A DNA stretch of 32,000 nt from assembly GCF_000020385.1 (NCBI RefSeq), contig NC_010814.1, positions 240,001 through 272,000 of the forward strand, written 5' to 3'. Origin of the DNA: Trichlorobacter lovleyi SZ. Its GTDB lineage: Bacteria > Desulfobacterota > Desulfuromonadia > Geobacterales > Pseudopelobacteraceae. The notes under the pieces were generated by a model. The model was not told the origin of the DNA, searched no databases, and saw nothing but the letters and a program-made list of their open reading frames with translations. Numbering within the stretch: position 1 is the first letter of the stretch; the number at the start of each line of letters is the position of its first letter. This document shows positions 24,287 through 32,000 of the stretch, piece by piece. Made by a program: the position numbers and the translations under genes.

Positions 24287-24712
24287 TTATATCTTAATAA
24301 CTTTCCAGCCACCTGAAAGGACCAGAACATCGTCCTGGCCCATCTCAGGTGCATTTGCACGTTTCACTTCCACCGTAAGACGGCCCTCTAAACACTTGGA
24401 CAAAACAACATGGTCACCAACCTTTGCATTTCGGGCTCTAAGATACTGAGTCATGCAAGTAAGCCGGTATTCATTTCTCGTCCCACCGAAAAAACGGTTA
24501 TTATAGTAAATAAAGTTGAAATCCCATCGGGTAATGCCGTCTCCTTCACGAAATACCAGTGTCACACGAGGATTCTTCTCTTTTGAATTTAATGATGGGA
24601 AAAAAGACAGAATCTCAAGGTCCTTAGGGACGAGAATTCCTGCTTGGTGGCCTCCGGTTTCACCTACGTCGTTCGCACTTAGAATCTTTGTTATTTGAGC
24701 CGAGTATGTCAT
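24287..24712 (-). CDS. stand-alone EcoRII-N-like (B3 / DNA-binding pseudobarrel) domain protein
   Basis: KILSANDVGETGGHQAGILVPK closely parallels EcoRII KRLSANDTGATGGHQVGLYIPS. It also has GGTRNEYRLT versus EcoRII GKTRNEKRIT. ATGA overlap with the SNF2 stop. Confidence 0.85.
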   Translation of the reverse strand: MTYSAQITKILSANDVGETGGHQAGILVPKDLEILSFFPSLNSKEKNPRVTLVFREGDGITRWDFNFIYYNNRFFGGTRNEYRLTCMTQYLRARNAKVGDHVVLSKCLEGRLTVEVKRANAPEMGQDDVLVLSGGWKVIKI

Positions 24713-26634
24713 TCAAGAGCCCCAATCTTTGAAAGTGGTGATAAGGTCAAAGCTCTCATTACAGCACTAGCTGTCGAATCGCCTTTGTGACCTATTGCTG
24801 CATGCTCGGATAAACCGCGCTTGAGTTTTAAGCGGCCAACAACAACTTCTTCAACACTGTCTACAAAGTATAGCTGATGTACAGTTACAGGACGGGTCTG
24901 TTTTCTACGATATGCTCTTGCGGAAGCCTGATCTTCCAGTGCTGGATTCCACTCAGGATTATAATGAATTACATGGTTTGCTGCTGTTATATTGAGACCG
25001 ACTCCAGCTGCTCTAGGGTTTAGAATGAGAGCACCGGAAGTTGGTGAGATAGAAAATGCATCTACTATTGTTTGACGGTCAGGAACAGGCACCCTGCCGT
25101 CGATGAAATTGAAATACTGATCAACAAAACGCTTAGACAAGTCATGCATCAAAATATCGGTCATGCCAGTATAGCCTGTGAAAATAAGGCATTTCTCTCT
25201 TCTGGAAAAAATCTCTTCAAGTAATTCGATAAGACGCTGATACTTAGGCATGTGCTCGGTTGGATCTGCTAAGGCAAAACCGGCAAGAAGGGGGTGCGTA
25301 CAAAACATCCTCAATCGCTGTAAACTAACAAGTGATGCAGATTTACCATATTCTTCGATGATAGCTAGCCGAACCTGTTCGTACATTTCCGCCATTTTCT
25401 TTGACATTGAAATGGGCTGAGGTATGTCTATCCTTTCAGGAAGGTCTTTTGCGACATCCTTGACCCGTCGCCGGAGCAGAATAGGAGATACAAGCGGGGC
25501 TAATTGCGAGGCATCTGAATCAGTGTTTTCAAAGAGAGTTTCAAAATCCGCACGTTTTCCAAGGAGTCCAGGAAGAGCAAAATTAGAAAGCGACCAAAGA
25601 TCAGTCAGTTTATTTTCAACTGGTGTCCCGGTAACTGCCAAAGAGACTCTCCTGTTCAGATTTTTAACCGCGATGGACCTCTGGGCGTCGGGATTTTTTA
25701 TACTTTGTGCTTCATCTAACACTAAGAGATTCCAACGAATTGAAGATAACATCGGTTCATCTCTGACAGCAATATCATAAGACGTTACAACTACGTCAAT
25801 GCCTGAAAGTTTGGACGCAATTCCTGCCCGATTCGAACCAGCATGCACAAGAACGGACAGTGATGGAGAAAATTGAGCCAATTCCCTGCGCCAATTTTCA
25901 AGTATTGTAGCTGGTGCAACAACTAATGTGGGAGATCGTCCCTGAAAATTCTCAGCCAGCATTAGTGCTATGACTTGTACCGTTTTACCGAGCCCCATTT
26001 CATCACCAAGAATGCAACCAAGTCCCTGATTTGCAATCAGGGTAAGGAAATATACTCCATCTTTCTGATAATTATAGAGCTCCGCTTCCAATCCCCATTC
26101 CGCTGAGTTCAGCGTAGTTGGTGCTTGAATTTCAGCCGGAGTACAGCTTTGAAGGTCATCAATCAGCTCAATACCTAGATCAGGCTGTGTTTTGAGCCAT
26201 ATGAGTTGTCCAACTGTTATAGACTGACCGAATACGACATTCTGTGCCTTGAGCTTGTCAAGGCATTCTTCGTAATCGGATAAGGTAAAAGGGTACCAAG
26301 TATTTCCAATGAACAATTGATCAGAATCTTTACTACTTATATATGTATATTCGCTCCCCGATCGACCAACCAAATTGATTTTTATAGTGTCAGGTGATTT
26401 GCCTGACAGTAGTATTACCGGTTCCGCTGGGAACCTCGAAAATTCGTACTCTGGCAAGGCAGAATCAGGATTGACTGAAAATTTGTCGTTATTTGCATAA
26501 ATGCTGGTCCATACATCCATTGCTGATGGCTTAATGAAAACTCCATCCTTACCGCAATAGACAAGATTATTTCCCTCAACTGTCCAAGTTGCTGCGGTGT
26601 ACTCGTTAGTATTCTCGGTTGGAAATCCAGTCAT
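24709..26634 (-). CDS. SNF2 family helicase/translocase
   Basis: LGDEMGLGKTVQ (I), LVLDEAQSIKN (II), and the C-terminal lobe GVGLNITAANHVIHYNPEWNPALEDQASARAYRRKQ. Confidence 0.9.
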   Translation of the reverse strand: MTGFPTENTNEYTAATWTVEGNNLVYCGKDGVFIKPSAMDVWTSIYANNDKFSVNPDSALPEYEFSRFPAEPVILLSGKSPDTIKINLVGRSGSEYTYISSKDSDQLFIGNTWYPFTLSDYEECLDKLKAQNVVFGQSITVGQLIWLKTQPDLGIELIDDLQSCTPAEIQAPTTLNSAEWGLEAELYNYQKDGVYFLTLIANQGLGCILGDEMGLGKTVQVIALMLAENFQGRSPTLVVAPATILENWRRELAQFSPSLSVLVHAGSNRAGIASKLSGIDVVVTSYDIAVRDEPMLSSIRWNLLVLDEAQSIKNPDAQRSIAVKNLNRRVSLAVTGTPVENKLTDLWSLSNFALPGLLGKRADFETLFENTDSDASQLAPLVSPILLRRRVKDVAKDLPERIDIPQPISMSKKMAEMYEQVRLAIIEEYGKSASLVSLQRLRMFCTHPLLAGFALADPTEHMPKYQRLIELLEEIFSRREKCLIFTGYTGMTDILMHDLSKRFVDQYFNFIDGRVPVPDRQTIVDAFSISPTSGALILNPRAAGVGLNITAANHVIHYNPEWNPALEDQASARAYRRKQTRPVTVHQLYFVDSVEEVVVGRLKLKRGLSEHAAIGHKGDSTASAVMRALTLSPLSKIGALE

Positions 26635-26667
26635 TTATTTAACCCGTAATATGGCTGATGAATCAAG

Positions 26668-27879
26668 CTATGATTGTCGTATTCTCAATAGCCGGATAAA
26701 GTCGTCAAACGTCAATAGCCACGTCTGCTGTTCAGTTTTGTAAGTTCTCTGCAATGCAGATGGTACAACAAGTTGAAGGTTGCTTCTTTTCATCTGGTTT
26801 GTCTGGTTCTCACTTATACCTGGTTCAAGGGTAAGCAGGTGTTTAGACTTAATTCGATCGGCTTCAGAAAGAATCTGACGCCAACGGTCTTTACAAGTGC
26901 TTTTAACTCCAAGCATGGTAAGTTTTGACACGTCAAAATCCGGATCTCGGTAGTGGATTATGTCAGGGAAAATGAAATCAGGCTTTTCATTGTTTTCAGT
27001 AACTGGCGTTCTGGTGTACTGGATGCCTTGTGCATTAAAAATTACTTCCAGATGATTTTCAAGGGAAGATCCGGCCCGACTTTTACGCCGATTCTGTACC
27101 GAGAGTGAATAAGTAACGAATCCGTCAACATCATCGACAAAGCCTACCTGTAACCGGTCGCCTATTATATGGCGTTCAAGAGTACGGAAAAGAATTTCCT
27201 CCCTTTCCACGAATGCCATAAGTGCGGCGTCTGCACCATCACGCGGGTCAATATCAATCAAAGAAGCGCGTGCATATTCTGAAAAGTCTCTGGTGTTGGG
27301 GAATTTGCCACCAAACAGGCGAAGCATTTCGTCAAGATAGTTTTCCGCAACCTCTTCGACTTGAACACCAATATGTTCAAGGATAATACGGGACGCAAAT
27401 TCAATTCTGTTCTGTTCGCATTCCAGTTCGCTCCGAACTGAAAATCCCGGATGAACATCAACCCCGAACCCGAATAACCACGATACCTGACTAGCAATAG
27501 TTGACTCGGCTTCCGCAATAATAATCATTACGGAATTGTCGGTTCTCTTGCCAATAATAAGAAGATCACCTTCGGCAGCGCACATGGATACTGCAGTTGT
27601 CGGAAAATAAAGCCTGTGTTCAGTGCGAGTCGTATTTTTGAGTCGTGAATCATACCAAGTGACATAGCCGTCTGCCACAACCGGCTCATCGTCATGGTCG
27701 CACAGATACATAAAGGAAGCCTGAAAAGTATGCTTTTCCGTTGCACGGCCAAACATCTTAATCAGGGCTTCAACTCCGTTCAATTCGTGCTGGTGACTTC
27801 GGCACAAGTCTGCTTCTACTGCGGATAAAGGCTTACAGGCGACTGCTGAAAAATACTGCGAAAGATGACCGTGATTCAT
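26668..27879 (-). CDS. EcoRII-C-type restriction endonuclease catalytic domain with a divergent N-terminal domain
   Basis: NRRKSRAGSSLENHLE, EKPDFIFP and MLGVKSTCKDRWRQILSEADRIKSKHLLTLEPGIS...LQLVVP align with the EcoRII C-terminal half as I recall it. The N-terminus (KPLSAVE...SHQHELNGV...TEHRLYF) is only loosely B3-like. Confidence 0.88.
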   Translation of the reverse strand: MNHGHLSQYFSAVACKPLSAVEADLCRSHQHELNGVEALIKMFGRATEKHTFQASFMYLCDHDDEPVVADGYVTWYDSRLKNTTRTEHRLYFPTTAVSMCAAEGDLLIIGKRTDNSVMIIIAEAESTIASQVSWLFGFGVDVHPGFSVRSELECEQNRIEFASRIILEHIGVQVEEVAENYLDEMLRLFGGKFPNTRDFSEYARASLIDIDPRDGADAALMAFVEREEILFRTLERHIIGDRLQVGFVDDVDGFVTYSLSVQNRRKSRAGSSLENHLEVIFNAQGIQYTRTPVTENNEKPDFIFPDIIHYRDPDFDVSKLTMLGVKSTCKDRWRQILSEADRIKSKHLLTLEPGISENQTNQMKRSNLQLVVPSALQRTYKTEQQTWLLTFDDFIRLLRIRQS

Positions 27880-27953
27880 CCTGAACCCCTATGTTAAATC
27901 TTTGGGGTTTTATATCACGTAAATAGGGGTAAATACGAATGGAAATGATGTAG

Positions 27954-28418
27954 TTATACTTCTGGTTGGATTCCGCGAAGTTCCAGCTTGATTTCTGCTG
28001 ACCGAATCCATCCAGCAAGTCGCTCAGTGATAACGGTGTCGTTCATGCGAAATTTGCCGCGAAGGGCGCATTCCCAGACGGTAGCAACCCGCCAATCGGA
28101 TTCAGCAAGCAAGCCCATAGCACGGCTATCGTTCTCCTTATTACGGGCTATTTTGGTTTTCCAGAAATCCGTTCGGGTGCCCGGGAGCTTAAACAAGTGG
28201 CAGTCATGTCCGTGCCAGAAACATCCGTTTATGAAGATTACTGCGCGATAGCGGGGAAATACGATATCGGGTTTTCCGGGGAGGTCTTTGGTGTGGAGAC
28301 GGAATCGGAAACCGTTTCGGTGGAGAAGGCTTCTTATGTGGAATTCGGGTTTTGTGTTTTTCCCCCGGATACCTGACATCATCCGGCTCCGGGTTTCCTT
28401 GTCAACAATATCAGTCAT
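27954..28418 (-). CDS. vsr: very short patch repair endonuclease
   Basis: RSRMMSGIRGKNTKPE, DLPGKPDIVF, FINGCFWHGHDC and VWECAL. Confidence 0.92.
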   Translation of the reverse strand: MTDIVDKETRSRMMSGIRGKNTKPEFHIRSLLHRNGFRFRLHTKDLPGKPDIVFPRYRAVIFINGCFWHGHDCHLFKLPGTRTDFWKTKIARNKENDSRAMGLLAESDWRVATVWECALRGKFRMNDTVITERLAGWIRSAEIKLELRGIQPEV

Positions 28419-28717
28419 TATCTGCTGGTCTTTGTCGCCGATTCAGCAGCAAGCTTACGGAATGCCTTGTTTATATAATACATGTGTTCTTCGTTGACGG
28501 TAAATTCTGGCAGTTCAACCCGTCGCCACATTTCGGCGCAGACAGGTCGAAGCTCGTCCGTCCAGCCGCTATCCGGGTCGTCAAATCCGTCCGGGTGCAA
28601 GCCTGGATACTGTTCGAATATCTGGTGATAGCCCTTAATCAGAGACTGGTCTTTTATCTTTTCAGGCTGATTGATATTCTTCATTACAAAATTGAACCAG
28701 ACATATTTTTCGCTCAT
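28418..28717 (-). CDS. hypothetical protein (99 aa)
   Basis: ATGA overlap with the upstream ORF and TAATG overlap with the vsr start. No motif. Confidence 0.5.
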   Translation of the reverse strand: MSEKYVWFNFVMKNINQPEKIKDQSLIKGYHQIFEQYPGLHPDGFDDPDSGWTDELRPVCAEMWRRVELPEFTVNEEHMYYINKAFRKLAAESATKTSR

Positions 28718-28947
28718 TTTGAAGCTGCCTTGATTTTCATAATGTCCTCCTTCGACACAACCTCCAGTTCATCTTCAAGGTATCTACAAGTTGCAGTGAC
28801 TGCCTGTTTGACGCCTGAATCCTCAACAATACACAGGTCTCCTACCAAAACTCTCCCCCCGTCCGGGTCTTCCAACAGAAGCATTCTTACTTTGGTATCT
28901 CCTGGGTCAGCTTCTTCACGAAATTTGACAATATCACCTTTCTTCAT
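28714..28947 (-). CDS. hypothetical protein (77 aa, MKKGDIVKF...)
   Basis: On the minus strand, a perfect AAGGAG lies 6 nt before the ATG at 28947, immediately after the dcm stop. The longer ORF-track form (start 28974) would overlap dcm. Confidence 0.5.
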   Translation of the reverse strand: MKKGDIVKFREEADPGDTKVRMLLLEDPDGGRVLVGDLCIVEDSGVKQAVTATCRYLEDELEVVSKEDIMKIKAASK

Positions 28948-28958
28948 GTCAGCTCCTT

Positions 28959-30215
28959 TCAGGCAAGTAGCCACTGTTGCGAAACACCCATTTCTTCCTG
29001 CTGCTTAAGGTCAATGACATGTGGCGCCATAATCCGTGCAACTTCTCGCATTACCGGAACTATCACGGAATTTCCAAACTGGCGGTAAGCCTGCGTATCT
29101 GACACAATAATCTTGTGACTGTCCGGGAACCCCATTAACCGTGCGCATTCCCTTGGAGTTAGTCTTCGAGGATTCTTGCCTTTGCCACGATCTATAAGGA
29201 TTTCCGAACCATCCTTGTAGTAACGAGCTGAAAGAGTTCGGGCGGTATCGTTCTTTCCGACAAGACCGAATCCGAATCCATTTCCGGCAGCTTTATGTTT
29301 GGCGGCATATGCTTGAAGATATGACCATAGATTGTTTGTCAGAATGTATTTTTCGTGAACCTTTGCCTTGTCACCTACCGTGAAAGGAGTTTCTTCCTGT
29401 TCAGTCCCGTCTTCCGGGTGAAGGATACTGAATAACTTCGGACCTTCTTTCGGCAACTGCAGACTGTCAAAAGAGAAGCCGGTTTTTTCCCTGAACCCGA
29501 CAATTATGATTCGTTCCCGATGTTGTGGCACCCAGCTCTTGCCATCTATGATCCTGAAATGAACGTCGTAACCAAGTTCTTCTTTAAGGGTCTGGATAAT
29601 GACCTTGAAGGTGTTACCTTTGTCGTGTGAAAGCAGGTTTTTTACATTTTCAAGCAGAAACGCCTTTGGGCGTTTGGTGGCAATGATACGGGCAACATCA
29701 AAGAAGAGAGTGCCCTGTGTGGTACACTCAAAACCATGGGGTCTTCCCAAAGCATTTTTCTTGCTGACACCGGCTATTGAAAAAGGCTGACATGGAAATC
29801 CGGCAAGCAGAACATCGTGGTCTGGAATGTCTTCGGCGGGATATGGTACGATGTCTCCGACGATAGCATGTTCATTCCCAAAGTTTTCTACATACGTTTT
29901 CTGTGACCAGTCATTCCATTCGCTTGTAAAAACGCATCTCCCGCCCGCCGACTGAAAACCGAGCCTGATTCCGCCAATTCCGGCAAATAGGTCGATAAAA
30001 GTGAACATGTCGGCATTGTCGGCAGTCTGATTCTTGCTTCGGAGCAGCTCTTTCAAGGCAGGGGCAATATGTGAGGGACATTTTATCTCTTCCCGTTCCC
30101 ATCGCCCAATAGTCTTGATAGATACATCAAGCTGCTCTGCAAGAGATTTCTGGGTAAAACGTCCACGGGCCTCTTTTAGTCGAACCAGAGCTTCTGAATA
30201 ACTCATATTGCACAT
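28959..30215 (-). CDS. dcm: DNA (cytosine-5)-methyltransferase with N-terminal HTH
   Basis: [10 protein letters not shown] (I), GFPCQPFS (IV), ENVKNL (VI) and QFGNSV (X). The N-terminus has [21 protein letters not shown] (HTH). An alternative start is at 30206. Confidence 0.92.
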   Translation of the reverse strand: MCNMSYSEALVRLKEARGRFTQKSLAEQLDVSIKTIGRWEREEIKCPSHIAPALKELLRSKNQTADNADMFTFIDLFAGIGGIRLGFQSAGGRCVFTSEWNDWSQKTYVENFGNEHAIVGDIVPYPAEDIPDHDVLLAGFPCQPFSIAGVSKKNALGRPHGFECTTQGTLFFDVARIIATKRPKAFLLENVKNLLSHDKGNTFKVIIQTLKEELGYDVHFRIIDGKSWVPQHRERIIIVGFREKTGFSFDSLQLPKEGPKLFSILHPEDGTEQEETPFTVGDKAKVHEKYILTNNLWSYLQAYAAKHKAAGNGFGFGLVGKNDTARTLSARYYKDGSEILIDRGKGKNPRRLTPRECARLMGFPDSHKIIVSDTQAYRQFGNSVIVPVMREVARIMAPHVIDLKQQEEMGVSQQWLLA

Positions 30216-30217
30216 CC

Positions 30218-30258
30218 CTGGGAATTTTTGTGGACATTATGGCCTACATTATTCCCAG
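30218..30258. promoter_or_regulatory. inverted repeat abutting the dcm start (candidate operator)
   Basis: ctgggaat (30218-30225) and attcccag (30251-30258) are exact reverse complements separated by 25 nt. The left arm overlaps a CCTGG site (30217-30221). Confidence 0.35.
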
Positions 30259-30359
30259 AGTCTAGATAAAATATTGCTTTTTGAGATAAATAATGTTTCA
30301 TAATCAAAGGCATTTTAGCCTTACTGTGGGAAAGTTATTATGGATATTGAGGAAAATGT

Positions 30360-30717
30360 CGAAAGAACAGTCGTACGTGAAAAGTGAAATGCTCCGTTGG
30401 CAAAATTTATAATACCATCGTACTGAATTATCGCGTCTTACTGTTTGCAGTGATTTTATTCTGCCAGAACGCAAAGTTTGTTTTCGGCATCTTTGATTTT
30501 ATACATCCATCGAGATGGTGCCAAAAACAGCCATGCACGAAAATGACGGTCTTGTATTTTGGAGGTACGATATCGGGTTTTCCGGGGAGGTCTTTGCAGT
30601 GTAATCTAAAACCTGCGAAATAAAGAGCAGATCTAAACAGAAGCAGTTCAGGAGTAGTCTCTTATGTCCTAACTTGGCTCGTCATTCGGCTTTTCTGGGC
30701 TGAAGGATTTGTTGCAT
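30360..30717 (-). pseudogene. vsr: decayed vsr copy
   Basis: The minus-strand translation reads QKSRMTSQVRT*ETTPELLLFRSALYFAGFRLHCKDLPGKPDIVPPKYKTVIFVHGCFWHHLDGC...FWQNKITANSKTR*. It has an in-frame TAA inside the N-terminal motif. The C-terminus is either truncated or frameshifted, because a WEC-like YDC appears only in a shifted frame. Confidence 0.75.
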
Positions 30718-30775
30718 AAAGGTTTATTACTAACTATGGCGGATTTATCGTGACTTAGATGTATGATCCTATAAG

Positions 30776-31990
30776 TCAATTGCGACGAAGCCATTCAGAT
30801 TCGTCCAGACCTACACGAGCAAGATTTGCCGCAAAATTATTAGCAATCCTTTGGGCGTGCGACTCTTTTAGATCGAGAATCCATTTAAATTTTATTTCAT
30901 CATTTGGCCCACCGATAAAATAGTAATAATCATCTTCTTTTTGAGCCTGCACAATCCCTGTGTCCTCAAAGGGAGAAAATTCTATGATTTCCAGAGCGTG
31001 ACATTCTTTATAGCAAGTAGATAGAGGGACATAGCCTTGCAATTCATTCTTTACTAACACATCAAAATTCTGGCCATCTTTCTCCATGGGGAGAAATAGA
31101 AATTTTCTATGCGTTCCTGCCGCAATTCGAACACTGTCACATTTCTGTTGAATGCATAGTAGATAATTTTCATTTTTCTTGACCACAACACCGAGGGAGA
31201 GAGATGGGCGTTGCGACGTAGATAAAAAATTTCTTTTATGATGAGTCAATATTGAAAACTCTTCATCGCAATCAGCATTGGTGAAGTTATGAGGTCTAAA
31301 TGATTCGCAGGAATATTTCTTCAAACGGCGGCGCTCAAAGTTTTTAATATCATCTTCACTTAAGATAGCTTTACCTGAGTTGTCTACCTCACTATTTAAA
31401 AGTGCAATATATCCTTTGTTTTGCCATAACACCCTCTTATTGCTGTCAATATTTATTTTATGTTTGTCTGTAGCCTTTATTTCAGTATCTATAAACTCTT
31501 GGGATGATAACCAATCGCAAACTATATTACTGGAAACTTGCTGTGAAATATCTGCATTAGTAAGAATTGCGTTTAGTTGTCCACAAATGGTTTCCTTCAG
31601 AAGTTCTCCTGCATCCTCTGGCCAAGGTAGCATGGCTCGATGTGCAACGAAAGCTGGGTCCAGAGAAGGAGAAAAATCGGCTAATAATTTGTAGGTGTTG
31701 TTTCTAAGCTGTGTTAATGCATTCAAGCACGTATTGCTCAGTAGCCCTGCGGATACTTTTGCATATTCGATTGGTACCTCGTCGAGCAATCCCGAGTAGG
31801 ATTTAAGGCGCGGTTTCATTTCAGGCATGTGCATGAATCTTGGAGCTGCACTTTCTTTTGCCCAAATTGATATCCTGACGCCCCCAAAGGAAAGTGTAAA
31901 AGCATCTAGCGGTTTGAAGCATACAAAAGATTCGCTTAGTTGAGTCATGATTTCATTAAGATTGGTTTCGCCGGTGTAAATAAAAATCAA
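30776..31990 (-). CDS. hypothetical protein (at least 404 aa; the ORF is open to the window edge)
   Basis: Long AT-rich ORF with no stop between 31990 and nt 32000 in frame, so the true start is unresolved. No motif recognised. Confidence 0.6.
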   Translation of the reverse strand: MIFIYTGETNLNEIMTQLSESFVCFKPLDAFTLSFGGVRISIWAKESAAPRFMHMPEMKPRLKSYSGLLDEVPIEYAKVSAGLLSNTCLNALTQLRNNTYKLLADFSPSLDPAFVAHRAMLPWPEDAGELLKETICGQLNAILTNADISQQVSSNIVCDWLSSQEFIDTEIKATDKHKINIDSNKRVLWQNKGYIALLNSEVDNSGKAILSEDDIKNFERRRLKKYSCESFRPHNFTNADCDEEFSILTHHKRNFLSTSQRPSLSLGVVVKKNENYLLCIQQKCDSVRIAAGTHRKFLFLPMEKDGQNFDVLVKNELQGYVPLSTCYKECHALEIIEFSPFEDTGIVQAQKEDDYYYFIGGPNDEIKFKWILDLKESHAQRIANNFAANLARVGLDESEWLRRN

Positions 31991-32000
31991 TTTGAGCTGA

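Noticed and set aside
27880-27953. Hairpin aacccc...ggggtt (27885-27910) between vsr and the EcoRII-C gene as a terminator separating two operons
   Set aside because: The stem is only 6 bp with a 14-nt loop and no U-tract on the transcribed (minus) strand. It overlaps the likely SD, so it is at most a weak translational element.
28352-29008. 218-aa + strand ORF
   Set aside because: It is antisense to the coupled orf77/orf99 chain and to the 5' end of vsr and the 3' end of dcm. It has no SD or motif.
30384-30623. 79-aa + strand ORF
   Set aside because: It lies on the opposite strand of a clearly recognisable vsr remnant, so it is most likely spurious.
1-32000. CRISPR arrays, tRNA/rRNA genes, IS elements or transposases
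   Set aside because: I saw no regularly spaced direct repeats, no cloverleaf-like or rRNA-like segments, and no DDE or HUH transposase motifs in any long ORF. A proper scan with tRNAscan-SE, Infernal and ISfinder is still advisable.

Overview
This window is a mosaic of mobile-element and defence-island segments from a bacterium. I recognised no rRNA, tRNA, CRISPR array or transposase. (1) nt 1-10770 is GC-rich with every gene on the + strand, and looks like an ICE or conjugative-plasmid accessory backbone. It holds a 5'-truncated DUF3150-like ORF, a CobT-like vWA protein, a 1117-aa N6-adenine methyltransferase::SF2 helicase fusion, a CHC2 zinc-finger protein, RadC/JAB and seven small unknown ORFs plus a doubtful 45-aa ORF. 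The genes downstream of vWA form one- or two-gene units. Each unit is headed by a ~60-nt leader in which an anti-SD segment can pair with either the SD or an upstream SD mimic. (2) 10.8-12.5 kb carries a Fic gene (HPYFDGNGRLGR) bracketed by 44-nt direct repeats that contain terminators. (3) 12.5-16.8 kb is AT-rich. Its minus-strand operon runs tiny repeat protein, 673-aa TIR-SLOG protein, ThsB-like TIR, small TIR, and is divergent from a WYL regulator. This is a Thoeris-like system with a non-canonical sensor/effector. (4) 16.8-19.3 kb is GC-rich and holds three tightly coupled genes: a COG3541/RlaP-like nucleotidyltransferase, a cpYpsA-type SLOG protein, and a class II CCA-adding-like NTase with an HD domain. 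(5) 19.3-21.5 kb has a tyrosine integrase flanked by two overlapping unknown ORFs, plus an 87-aa WGR protein. (6) 21.8-30.2 kb has nine co-directional minus-strand genes: HTH-Dcm, two small ORFs, Vsr, an EcoRII-C-type nuclease, an SNF2 helicase, a stand-alone EcoRII-N/B3 domain, a MORC-like GHKL ATPase and an HNH nuclease. A decayed second vsr and an unknown 404-aa ORF open to the window edge follow. The best candidates for something undescribed are the SNF2/B3/GHKL/HNH extension of the CCWGG-type R-M, the TIR-SLOG Thoeris-like operon, the WYL-NTase-SLOG-CCA cassette, and the recurring SD/anti-SD/mimic leaders. All domain calls come from motifs read by eye. No database search was possible.
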